This document shows, in pieces, positions 57,267 through 64,000 of a stretch of DNA of 64,000 nt. The DNA is from Minisyncoccia bacterium (GTDB lineage: Bacteria > Patescibacteriota > Minisyncoccia > Phycocordibacterales > UBA918): positions 1,794 through 65,793 of the forward strand of contig JBGSYZ010000011.1 of assembly GCA_041750655.1 (NCBI GenBank), in the 5' to 3' direction. The notes below the pieces were generated by a model that was given only the letters and a program-made list of their open reading frames with translations, was not told where the DNA came from and searched no databases. The position numbers and the translations under genes were made by a program. How positions within the stretch are numbered: the stretch's first letter is position 1; the number at the start of each line of letters is the position of its first letter.

Positions 57267-57284
57267 ACCACAATATTACCAGAG

Positions 57285-57776
57285 TTAAGTCACATCTCTA
57301 AACTGAACCCACAGCCAATCGAGGAGCTCTATTAGATCACTATCAACATCAATGTTCGTACCGCACGTATCAAGCTCATAGTTGTTTTTATCTCGAGTAA
57401 TAGAATACGTAGTGTCTACACCATCAACCCACGATTCACAAAAATCTGGATCCACTGGTACCGACTGCGTCTCTAAATCTGAATCGAACAACGTTTGTTT
57501 GAGCGACGTTAGTTGATCAGGTGTAATATCACCGCCAGTGGTAGCGCCATTACCAGCTATAACTACATATGAACCATCGCTCAATATCCGATACGACTCA
57601 CAGCCACCGCGAGCACAACCACCATACTGCGTCACTACAATTTCAAAGTTACTAATACGTGAAGGTTCAATCGGGTCAATATCATACTCACGTAATCCGT
57701 TTAAATACACGAACGAACCGGCGGCTACGCCAGTAATAAAGGTTAGTAAAAACACCATCCAGTCTCCGATTTTCAT
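57285..57776 (-). CDS. N-terminally anchored hypothetical protein
   Basis: 163 aa. TM DWMVFLLTFITGVAAGSFVYL. Four Cys residues. No family recognised. Confidence 0.4.
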   Translation of the reverse strand: MKIGDWMVFLLTFITGVAAGSFVYLNGLREYDIDPIEPSRISNFEIVVTQYGGCARGGCESYRILSDGSYVVIAGNGATTGGDITPDQLTSLKQTLFDSDLETQSVPVDPDFCESWVDGVDTTYSITRDKNNYELDTCGTNIDVDSDLIELLDWLWVQFRDVT

Positions 57777-57794
57777 AGGTACAGTATAGCAAGC

Positions 57795-58421
57795 TTACGC
57801 TAATTTTTGAGCTACCAGCATAACCAGCATATTTTTCATTCTTTCACCATTTTTGTTACGAGCATACGACAACTCTTCTCTCGTCGACAAATATTTTATA
57901 TCCCAGTCAGCATAAAGTTCTCGCAAGGTATCCTTGCTCGGATAAAAACGACCGGAGATTTCGTTTCGTTCATACAGCTCTCCTTCCGGCATAAAGGTTT
58001 CAATTGTGTGAACCCCGCCGATAGTGGTGTGCGCTTGGGCGTCTTTGATCACCTTCTGTGCGTCTTCGCTACTCATATGATGCAAGATAAAAGACATAAC
58101 TACCACTTCGTATTCTCCTTCTATACCATCCTCGATCACATCACCGACTTTAGTCGTTATAGAAATTTCCTTTTCTAGTACCGCTTTTTTCAGTTTTTCT
58201 AAACCAACCACCGACAAGTCCACTACTTCAACTTCAAAACCTTGCTCAGCCAAGTACAAAGCATCGCGGCCTTCTCCGCCGCCGATATCGAGCACTTGGC
58301 CAGTTTGAATATACTCTTTTATTTTACACACCGACTCGTTTGGCTTTCCATCTCCCAACACCCGCTCTTGCGAGCCATACCAGCTATCATACTGAGCTGT
58401 TAATTGTTCTCGTTTGACCAT
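57795..58421 (-). CDS. Class I SAM-dependent methyltransferase (TehB-like)
   Basis: Motif I VLDIGGGEGRDALYLAEQG, then EVEVVDLS (motif II acidic residue). The ORF track start at 58445 overlaps DUF1653; the internal ATG at 58421 (MVKREQL) avoids the overlap. Confidence 0.65.
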   Translation of the reverse strand: MVKREQLTAQYDSWYGSQERVLGDGKPNESVCKIKEYIQTGQVLDIGGGEGRDALYLAEQGFEVEVVDLSVVGLEKLKKAVLEKEISITTKVGDVIEDGIEGEYEVVVMSFILHHMSSEDAQKVIKDAQAHTTIGGVHTIETFMPEGELYERNEISGRFYPSKDTLRELYADWDIKYLSTREELSYARNKNGERMKNMLVMLVAQKLA

Positions 58422-58423
58422 GT

Positions 58424-58651
58424 TTAGGTTGATTCTTTGATACACTCAAAACGAGGAACCGCAACTCCATCTACTTCCACAGTTTCCATAAACATACTGA
58501 GAGGGCGGACCCACAGCGCTCTTTCTCCAAATTCTTTAGAATCATACAGAGCAAGGTAAACTACCAACTCCTCCAAGGTTTCGCTATGACGGGCTACTCC
58601 TATCACTTCATAGTCTTGCCCTTTGTAATGTCTGTATGTTCCGAGTTTCAT
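58424..58651 (-). CDS. DUF1653-family small protein
   Basis: 75 aa. MKLGTYRHYKGQDYEVIGVARHSETLEELVVYLALY matches the DUF1653 signature (YRHYKG...Y.V...A.HSET.E..VVY). Confidence 0.55.
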   Translation of the reverse strand: MKLGTYRHYKGQDYEVIGVARHSETLEELVVYLALYDSKEFGERALWVRPLSMFMETVEVDGVAVPRFECIKEST

Positions 58652-58657
58652 ATGTGT

Positions 58658-59194
58658 CTATACTTTCATTAATTCTGCTAATTTTCTCAGAGTATTTATG
58701 TTGCGAGCGGTCATATGTGTATACACTTCCGTACCGATAAATTTATTCATGCCACTTTTAGGGTAGTTTTTCTTTTCTAGGTGCCACACTATTGCTCCAT
58801 CTATATACTTCAGTGTATCAACATTTGGATTAGTGGTGATTAGTTCTAAACTTTTTGTATTACAATACTCGTCCCAGAGAAAAAGCACGTCGGTTTTTTG
58901 CTCAGCGTTATTGTGCCAGTCAGCGGGAGTGGCTTGTAAAAGTTTGGCAATATTTTTATTATCACGCACTACCACCCGGACCGCAAAACCAAATTCCTTT
59001 TTAATAGCTTTTTCTATCTTCGAGACAATTTTAGGTTCACTTTTATCACTGGTCTCAAATATCACATTTCCAGAGTTAATGTACGTAGAGACATTTTCAA
59101 ACCCCAACGCCTCAAAGCACGCTTTGAGGCGTTGCATCTCAATTTTATTATTCCCTCCCACATTAATTCCTCGTAGTAAGGCGACGTATTTCAT
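58658..59194 (-). CDS. DUF1697-family protein
   Basis: Probable start at the internal ATG (MKYVALLRGINVGGNNKIEMQRLKACFEALGFENVSTYINSGNVIFE), the DUF1697 signature. The 43-aa N-terminal extension in the ORF track is unlikely to be real. Confidence 0.6.
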   Translation of the reverse strand: MKYVALLRGINVGGNNKIEMQRLKACFEALGFENVSTYINSGNVIFETSDKSEPKIVSKIEKAIKKEFGFAVRVVVRDNKNIAKLLQATPADWHNNAEQKTDVLFLWDEYCNTKSLELITTNPNVDTLKYIDGAIVWHLEKKNYPKSGMNKFIGTEVYTHMTARNINTLRKLAELMKV

Positions 59195-59328
59195 GACTTG
59201 AGTATAGCAATTTTTTGTGTAGAGCGGTCTCGAGTTAGAACCGTGGTCGGTCAGGGTGGGCTTGGCGGATTTAGTTATTATTAGATTCTGGTTTGATAGT
59301 GTCTCGGGCGCATAAAAATACATTTGCT

Positions 59329-60444
59329 TTACTTATTGATATGACTCATAAATTCTCCATTAATGTCAAAAAGAAAATTTAGTTCATTCTTTTCTATCAA
59401 TTTAATTTCTTCTGGAGAAAGATTCAAATTCAAGTCAGGTCTACTTTCAATATGATACTTTAAAAAATTACCCGGTGTAGCTATACAGTCTTTTAGATCA
59501 TGAAGCTTAGCTTCCCCATTGAATTCAACGTCAATTTTGTATTTACTCTGATGAATATCTATGAAGGATTTGAAAAGGGGTCGATTAGTGATATTCACAT
59601 TTACCGCCTCCATTCTTGAAACAACTTCTCTAAGTTGTATGAACGACAACTGTTTACCTTTTATCTTATCTATAAAGTCCTCGTAGACCGAGCTGAAGAA
59701 TTTTGCATCATCCAATACAGCCACTACCGCATAGTCACCAACCTTAACTGCAATGACACGAGCTGAATGACTATCCATATAATCAAAATCGCAGTTACCA
59801 TCTTCTTCAACGATAGGAATAGCTATCATTGTTCCATACACCAACTCACCTATATCTGCCTGTGAGTAATGACTTCTGGCTACACACCATATGTGATGCA
59901 TTGGTCCCCAATCATAAGTGTCAGCAATCATTGGACTTTCAATTCTACGATCTAACTCAAACCGCCTTTCCTTATCCTTAAGATGATTTTTAATGAAAAT
60001 TAAGGAGAGCCACTTAAATATAAGTTTTCCATCATCTTGGGTAACACTAGCCTTAAAATCCTTGTACTCAGGTTTAAGGATATTTCTTAATGGGGTTTCA
60101 TACACCCTAGATAATTCACCATTACACTCCTCACAACAAGGCAGTGTTTGAGATGCGTATTGGATAAAATAATTATTAGGTAATCTAATTTTTTCATTAT
60201 ATAAATTGAATCGACGTAAAAGCCATCGCGGAATTATGTGCTCGTCACTGAACTTCTTGTCACAGGAATCTATAAGGACACCACATATAAAACAACTATC
60301 GGCATTGACTATTTCATCAACAAAATCATCCAATGGATAATAAATAACCTTCTCATGGTTGTTAAATACTTTTATTATTTTGTTAGTACTGGTGACAACA
60401 TGCGCATGCATCCATAAATTATATAGAAAACTAGCACGAAACAT
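59329..60444 (-). CDS. Hypothetical protein with HNH-like Cys/His motif
   Basis: The ORF track gives 59329..60510, whose N-terminus overlaps the tRNA-like element; the internal start at ~60444 (MFRASFLYNLW...) is more plausible. CFICGVLIDSCDKKFSDEHIIPRW resembles an HNH nuclease core (C-x-x-C...H-I-I-P); further Cys pair CCEECNG. Confidence 0.4.
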   Translation of the reverse strand: MFRASFLYNLWMHAHVVTSTNKIIKVFNNHEKVIYYPLDDFVDEIVNADSCFICGVLIDSCDKKFSDEHIIPRWLLRRFNLYNEKIRLPNNYFIQYASQTLPCCEECNGELSRVYETPLRNILKPEYKDFKASVTQDDGKLIFKWLSLIFIKNHLKDKERRFELDRRIESPMIADTYDWGPMHHIWCVARSHYSQADIGELVYGTMIAIPIVEEDGNCDFDYMDSHSARVIAVKVGDYAVVAVLDDAKFFSSVYEDFIDKIKGKQLSFIQLREVVSRMEAVNVNITNRPLFKSFIDIHQSKYKIDVEFNGEAKLHDLKDCIATPGNFLKYHIESRPDLNLNLSPEEIKLIEKNELNFLFDINGEFMSHINK

Positions 60445-60465
60445 AGTGTCTCGTGCTAGCTCTAA

Positions 60466-60602
60466 ACGGCGGAGAGGGGGGATTCGGTCACGAATAATTT
60501 TGCTAGACAAAATTTTCTCGACCCCAGCTCACTAGTCTTCGACATCGCTCCGCCTTTCGAACCCCCACGCAAGCAAAGCAGTTTGCTTGCCCTCTCTCCG
60601 CG
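60466..60602 (-). ncRNA. tRNA-like element with 8-bp acceptor-type helix and a T-arm split by a 71-nt insertion (function unknown)
   Basis: rc = GCGGAGAG-AGG-[GCAAGCAAA-CTGC-TTTGCTTGC]-GT-GGGGGTTCGA|AGGCGG...(71 nt)...GTGACCGA|ATCCCCC-TCTCCGC-C. Removing the insert recreates GGGGGTTCGAATCCCCC, identical to the T-arm of the neighbouring tRNA-Ser. The 5' and 3' ends pair as in a tRNA acceptor stem. There is no D-arm and no 7-nt anticodon loop. Confidence 0.35.
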
Positions 60603-60604
60603 AA

Positions 60605-60632
60605 CAAAATATGCGCCATAAGGCGCTATTTT
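60605..60632 (-). terminator. Hairpin plus T-run immediately downstream of tRNA-Ser
   Basis: aaaata(t)gcgcc-ataa-ggcgctatttt: a GC-cored stem flanked by an A-run and a T-run (bidirectional intrinsic-terminator shape). Confidence 0.45.
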
Positions 60633-60639
60633 GTACTCG

Positions 60640-60726
60640 CGGAGAGAGGGGGATTCGAACCCCCGATACGGTTTCCCGTATACATCCTTTCCAAGGATGC
60701 GCATTCGACCACTCTGCCATCTCTCC
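60640..60726 (-). tRNA. tRNA-Ser (anticodon GGA), class II with 17-nt variable arm
   Basis: rc = GGAGAGA-TG-GCA-GAGTGGTCGAA-TGC-G-CATCC-TTGGAAA-GGATG-TATACGGGAAACCGTATC-GGGGG-TTCGAAT-CCCCC-TCTCTCC-G. All stems pair perfectly. U33, anticodon GGA, A37, G73 discriminator. 87 nt. CCA is not encoded. Confidence 0.85.
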
Positions 60727-60749
60727 ACTATATTCAATATTAGAACGTT

Positions 60750-60934
60750 CAGTTTTTATATGAGCGTTCGAATCAGCTCCCTCCTTTACTCTGTTCGGCA
60801 CAGCCTCACAACGAGTAATCTGCTCACTTCGTTCGCAGACCGGATGAAAAGTGAAGCTGTTCACTTTTCGTCCACCGCCTTTCAGTCGGATGAAACTTGC
60901 TCCCAGCAACTTTCATCCACTCTGCCATCTCTCC
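60750..60934 (-). ncRNA. tRNA-Ser 5'-segment-derived element (copy 2) with own promoter-like upstream and long hairpins; pseudo-tRNA or novel sRNA
   Basis: rc starts with the identical 18 nt GGAGAGATGGCAGAGTGG and continues with a 13-bp hairpin GGATGAAAGTTGC-TGGGA-GCAAGTTTCATCC, further stems, an AAGGAGG motif and a T-loop-like GAGCTGATTCGAACGCTC. The upstream sequence AACGTTCTTGCTCATATGAATAT resembles that upstream of the real tRNA (AACGTTCTAATATTGAATATAG). Confidence 0.3.
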
Positions 60935-60940
60935 ATATTC

Positions 60941-61099
60941 ATATGAGCAAGAACGTTTATTTTACAGCATGCGTTGGGCTTTGTTTCCACTTTTGGTCTG
61001 TTCACGTTCGTTCACAACGACCAATCCGCTGCTCTGGCGAGACAGCGGACCAGAGAAAATATAAAGCATTTTATATTTTCTCCACTCTGCCATCTCTCC
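60941..61099 (-). ncRNA. tRNA-Ser 5'-segment-derived element (copy 3) with 12-bp AT hairpin and pseudoknot-like a-b-a'-b' arrangement
   Basis: rc = GGAGAGATGGCAGAGTGG + AGAAAATATAAA-ATGC-TTTATATTTTCT hairpin + CTCTGG-TCCGCTG-TCTCG-CCAGAG-CAGCGGA (interleaved complementary segments, H-type pseudoknot topology). Upstream TTGACC ... TATAAAT looks promoter-like. Confidence 0.3.
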
Positions 61100-61120
61100 A
61101 TGGTCAATATTTATATCACA

Positions 61121-61148
61121 AAACCGACCTTAAAGGTCGGTTTTGTCT
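61121..61148 (-). terminator. Intrinsic terminator downstream of 61165..61401
   Basis: aaaaccgacc-ttaaa-ggtcggtttt: perfect 10-bp stem with an A-run and a T-run (bidirectional). Confidence 0.55.
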
Positions 61149-61164
61149 CTGCAAAATGAGTTGA

Positions 61165-61347
61165 TTATTTGCAGGTAGCGCAGTGGTGTTTATGGGTCAC
61201 CAACTCAACAATAGTAGCCAAACCTACTAGAATATAGACTACGTCAGCCAACTTACCACCCAGAAGATTGTAAACTAAGTCATAGTTGAAGGCTCCGACC
61301 AAGAGCCAGTTAAGACCTCCGGCAGCCATTAATAGAAAAGCCACCAT
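61165..61347 (-). CDS. DUF378-family small membrane protein
   Basis: Probable start at the internal ATG (MVAFLLMAAGGLNWLLVGAFNYDLVYNLLGG...VYILVGLATIVEL); matches the DUF378 pattern (GGLNWGLVG...VYILVGLSA). Confidence 0.6.
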   Translation of the reverse strand: MVAFLLMAAGGLNWLLVGAFNYDLVYNLLGGKLADVVYILVGLATIVELVTHKHHCATCK

Positions 61348-61483
61348 GTGCACAGTTTTATTATGCATAGAAAATTGGATTAAATAAATAATTCCCGTCA
61401 CTTCTACAATTATTATACCCTTATTTTTAATAAGGTTATATGTGGTAGTCGAATAAATAACGAATTGTTAATTTTAAAAAAAT

Positions 61484-62389
61484 TTATTTATTAATATCTA
61501 AGTCGCGCAGAATACGAATTCTTTCAGCAGCTGGCGGGTGTGTTTGGAATAGGTTGGAAATTTTTTGCCGAAAATTTTGCTTATTGTTACCAAAGGGATC
61601 AGCAATGAACAAATGGGCTGTGGCGTTATTAGCCCGACGCATTGGCTGACTGTGAGTGGATATTTTTTCTAAGGCTGAAGCCAAACCTTCGGGATACCGT
61701 GTCAGCATGGCTCCGGACACATCGGCCAAGTATTCACGCTTTCGTGAGATGGCCATTTGAATCATCTGCGCCGCAATCGGTGCGAGAATGATACCCACGA
61801 TACCGAGCACCAAGAAAATAACCCCAGCTTTGTTGTCTCTATCTCCCCCACCCCACATCATAGAACGCATTAACATATCAGCGACAATGGCTACAAAACC
61901 TGCCAGCACCACTGCTACGGTCGACACCAACATATCGCGATTACCAACATGTGAAAGTTCGTGAGCCATAACGCCTTCGAGTTCGGCGCGGTTGAGAATA
62001 CTCAAAAGACCAGTAGTAGCGCACACGACGGCGTGTTCTGGATCTCGACCAGTTGCAAAGGCATTGGGCGCTGCATCATTGACCACATACACTTTTGGCA
62101 TCGGCAAACCAGCCGTAATAGAAAGATTTTCAACCACGTTGATGAGCTCGCGATGTTCAGTCATGCTGGCCGGTACAGCTCCTGTCATCTTAAGAACCAA
62201 TTTATCCGAGTACCAGTAACTATAAAAGTTCATGCCAATGGAAAAGATAACGGCAATATACAGTATTGCTGGGTTACCATAGAGCACACTTACAAAGTAA
62301 CCAATGGCAATAATGATGACAAAAAACCACATCATCAAAAACCACGTTTTTCGAATATTTTTTCCTTGCTGAGTATATAGTGTAGCCAT
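61484..62389 (-). CDS. htpX: Protease HtpX (M48 zinc metallopeptidase)
   Basis: 301 aa. Two N-terminal TM helices; HEXXH motif in GVMAHELSHVGNRD; downstream TM pair; C-terminal FQTHPPAAERI (third zinc-ligand region). Confidence 0.85.
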   Translation of the reverse strand: MATLYTQQGKNIRKTWFLMMWFFVIIIAIGYFVSVLYGNPAILYIAVIFSIGMNFYSYWYSDKLVLKMTGAVPASMTEHRELINVVENLSITAGLPMPKVYVVNDAAPNAFATGRDPEHAVVCATTGLLSILNRAELEGVMAHELSHVGNRDMLVSTVAVVLAGFVAIVADMLMRSMMWGGGDRDNKAGVIFLVLGIVGIILAPIAAQMIQMAISRKREYLADVSGAMLTRYPEGLASALEKISTHSQPMRRANNATAHLFIADPFGNNKQNFRQKISNLFQTHPPAAERIRILRDLDINK

Positions 62390-62394
62390 AGTTG

Positions 62395-62724
62395 TTAGAT
62401 ATTAGTCTCTGTTTTTTCCAAATAAATTTGTTTTTCAAATCCGCCTCGCTTTTCAAACTTTTCTTGCCGCACATCTTCAACGGCTTGAGGAGTAATACTT
62501 TGCACTCGTAAAATTGCTAAAATTACTTCTTCCAAATCGGCCAACTCTTCGGTGAGTTCAGTGACACTAGTAGAAGCAGCACATTCATTAGCTTCCTCGA
62601 GTAACTTCTTTTTTAGTTCAATTAAAAACTCACCATCATTAAGAATACGAGTCACAGGAATTTCACCATTTTTGGTAATTTTTTCTGGAATTTTATCTCT
62701 CACCAGTTTTTTATACATTCCCAT
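62395..62724 (-). CDS. MazG-like nucleotide pyrophosphohydrolase (small all-alpha NTP-PPase)
   Basis: 109 aa. MYKKLVRDKIPE...EELADLEEVI pattern of the MazG/HisE-like NTP pyrophosphohydrolase fold. Confidence 0.5.
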   Translation of the reverse strand: MGMYKKLVRDKIPEKITKNGEIPVTRILNDGEFLIELKKKLLEEANECAASTSVTELTEELADLEEVILAILRVQSITPQAVEDVRQEKFEKRGGFEKQIYLEKTETNI

Positions 62725-62752
62725 AAGTACAGTATACGAAAATAGCCCTCAA

Positions 62753-64000
62753 CTACCAACTCCCGCCGCCGCCGCCGCCCGAGCCGCCGCCAACTGACCC
62801 GCCACCAGAAGAACCGGTACTACCTGAGGAACCGGAGGAGCTTACAAAAGCAGTGGAAAAAGCCCCGAGATTATTGGTCAAAGCTACGGCAGAAAATGTG
62901 CCGTTATTGCCACTATCATACCAAGACGGGGTTGGAATAGTGACGTCTTTAAACACTTCTGCCCACTGTTTCTCCACGCCGAGTGCTACCGCGTACGGTA
63001 AATACTCTAGGAATTTTTCCGGATTCTTTTCTGGAGAATCATGAAACTTAAAACGTTCTTCTCCAGTAACCGAAAGAAAATCTTTAAAACCTTTGAGGTG
63101 ACTGAGCACTTCATAACCTTTTCTAGTACGTCGGCGGTAGACAACCGCAAGCATGATTGCAAATAGAGCAAAAATTCCAACAGCTACTAACGCAATACCC
63201 TCATTGATCAATGTACTTAACACAAAAGTTACTAGTACCAAAATAGCAGCAAAAGGCAGAATAAATTTTAATTTGATAACTTGTTCATAAAAACCACGTT
63301 CCTCTACATCTTCAGCTATAGCTGTCTTTAGCTTCATGAGTATTTTTTGGTTACTTCGCTGTTTTGAAGTATCGACCTTTAGTGAACTCAATAACACTTT
63401 TTGACCTGGCTCAAATGAACTAAAGAGTAAACTAAGAATTTCATCATGAAAAGTAGTGGGAGTTTCTTCAATTGCTTTCAGTAATTCAATTTCATAATCG
63501 TCTGCTTCAAAAAAATACAAAACTTTCTTTTCAGTTTTTCGTATTTTTATGAAACCCTGTTCAGCTAGATACAGCAGGCCAGCGGTTATGTCTCTAGGAT
63601 CCAAACGACCATCCAATAACACTCCGGAGTACATCGGCAGGGCTTCTGGGTATGGTTCGTATTCAGCAATTACTGGTGCGCTTATTTTATGCTTGGTTTT
63701 TAAACGATATGACCACGTAACCATACTTACTAACAAAGCAAATAAGACTGGTGCCCACACAAAAACCATTTTAGTTGATTCAACAATATTTTCAGTCACC
63801 TTTGTTTTATCAATCGATTCAGCTATGGTAAGACCTTCACCAGGTGCCAGCTCTGAAGTACTGAAGAGAGCCAGACTAGAAGTAGCCGACTGCATATCAC
63901 ACGATAACGAACCGCCCTCACTGCCACGGTAACACGCTCGTTCATCAGTAGTTATGAGGTCAGGGTCATTGACTGTCGCTTTAGCAGCCAGTATTGGTAC
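62753..64000 (-). CDS. DUF2207-family membrane protein with Gly-rich C-terminus (partial; N-terminus beyond window end)
   Basis: The reading frame stays open from 63895 to the window end (no stop in 35 upstream codons), so the 380-aa track ORF is N-terminally truncated. Two TM clusters and a C-terminal SSSGSSGSTGSSGGGSVGGGSGGGGGGSW tail, typical of DUF2207 proteins. Confidence 0.5.
   Translation of the reverse strand, partial: VPILAAKATVNDPDLITTDERACYRGSEGGSLSCDMQSATSSLALFSTSELAPGEGLTIAESIDKTKVTENIVESTKMVFVWAPVLFALLVSMVTWSYRLKTKHKISAPVIAEYEPYPEALPMYSGVLLDGRLDPRDITAGLLYLAEQGFIKIRKTEKKVLYFFEADDYEIELLKAIEETPTTFHDEILSLLFSSFEPGQKVLLSSLKVDTSKQRSNQKILMKLKTAIAEDVEERGFYEQVIKLKFILPFAAILVLVTFVLSTLINEGIALVAVGIFALFAIMLAVVYRRRTRKGYEVLSHLKGFKDFLSVTGEERFKFHDSPEKNPEKFLEYLPYAVALGVEKQWAEVFKDVTIPTPSWYDSGNNGTFSAVALTNNLGAFSTAFVSSSGSSGSTGSSGGGSVGGGSGGGGGGSW

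Noticed and set aside
58658-60510. N-terminal extensions of ORFs 58658..59323, 59329..60510, 61165..61401, 57795..58445 and 37068..38414 as given in the track
   Set aside because: In each case an internal start codon gives a canonical family N-terminus (DUF1697 MKYVALLRGINVGG; UmuC MKWVGLLDCNNFF; DUF378 MVAFLL...GGLNW) and removes overlaps with neighbouring genes or RNAs, so the longer forms are probably over-extensions.
60824-61060. Two short ORFs (30 and 33 codons) starting inside the hairpins of the tRNA-derived copies (MKVAGSKFHPTERRWTKSEQLHFSSGLRTK; MLYIFSGPLSRQSSGLVVVNEREQTKSGNKAQRML)
   Set aside because: No convincing Shine-Dalgarno at proper spacing, start codons buried in stable stems, no similarity between the two peptides. 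Most likely chance ORFs.
60462-61164. Protein-coding ORFs 60462..60737, 60532..60909, 60631..61164, 60974..61159
   Set aside because: They read straight through a canonical tRNA-Ser gene and its structured flanks; one requires a TTG start. There are no RBS or domain signatures. The region is better explained as RNA.
60466-61164. tmRNA (ssrA), one-piece or permuted
   Set aside because: The tRNA-like ends are present, but there is no tag-peptide reading frame ending in ...ALAA-stop, no GGGG 5' start, and the element sizes (137-185 nt) are far below tmRNA length.
1-64000. CRISPR arrays, rRNA genes, transposase/integrase genes
   Set aside because: No short regularly spaced direct repeats, no rRNA-like conserved blocks, and no ORF with DDE, tyrosine- or serine-recombinase motifs were seen anywhere in the window.

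Overview
64-kb window, 42 of 44 called genes on the minus strand, dominated by cell-surface, secreted and glycan-handling proteins. I infer a small-genome, monoderm-like bacterium of the Patescibacteria/CPR type, but that is only an inference from gene content and is not verifiable here. Main contents, in minus-strand transcription order: (1) a membrane-anchored cohesin-like protein, an Hsp20, then a secreted dockerin protein; (2) a 6287-aa giant surface protein (8240..27103) carrying three DUF2341+LamG modules, Fn3-like modules and about 780-aa beta-helix super-repeats. Directly downstream of it are a 4xFn3 secreted protein, a MacB/FtsX-type ABC ATPase+permease pair, and a 635-aa protein that shares the giant protein's C-terminal domain. 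(3) Three tandem paralogous secreted FGE-sulfatase/SUMF1-type (GNVWEW...GFRC) proteins. (4) Paralogous anchored surface proteins, one with a weakly WxL-like C-terminus. (5) A UmuC Y-family polymerase, a clan GH-A glycosidase, a Wzx-like flippase, and a tight GT2-GT4-CE4 deacetylase-(GT4-GT4-polytopic membrane fusion, 1545 aa) glycan operon. (6) A GH18 protein, an orphan UmuD-like S24 peptidase, a CAP-domain membrane protein, and a sortase that overlaps a 933-aa Cys-repeat surface protein with a non-LPXTG tail. (7) Housekeeping genes: pseudouridine synthase, a SAM methyltransferase, DUF1653, DUF1697, an HNH-like protein, DUF378, HtpX, a MazG-like protein, DUF2207. (8) A roughly 700-nt ORF-free RNA region (60466..61164) holding one canonical tRNA-Ser(GGA), two upstream elements that reuse the tRNA's 5' 18 nt and promoter but diverge into long hairpin/pseudoknot-like bodies, and a downstream tRNA-like element whose T-arm is split by a 71-nt insertion. 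The most interesting candidates are the cohesin-dockerin surface-assembly set around the giant adhesin-like protein and the aberrant tRNA-Ser-derived RNA array. No CRISPR array, no reverse transcriptase/DGR and no rRNA were found.
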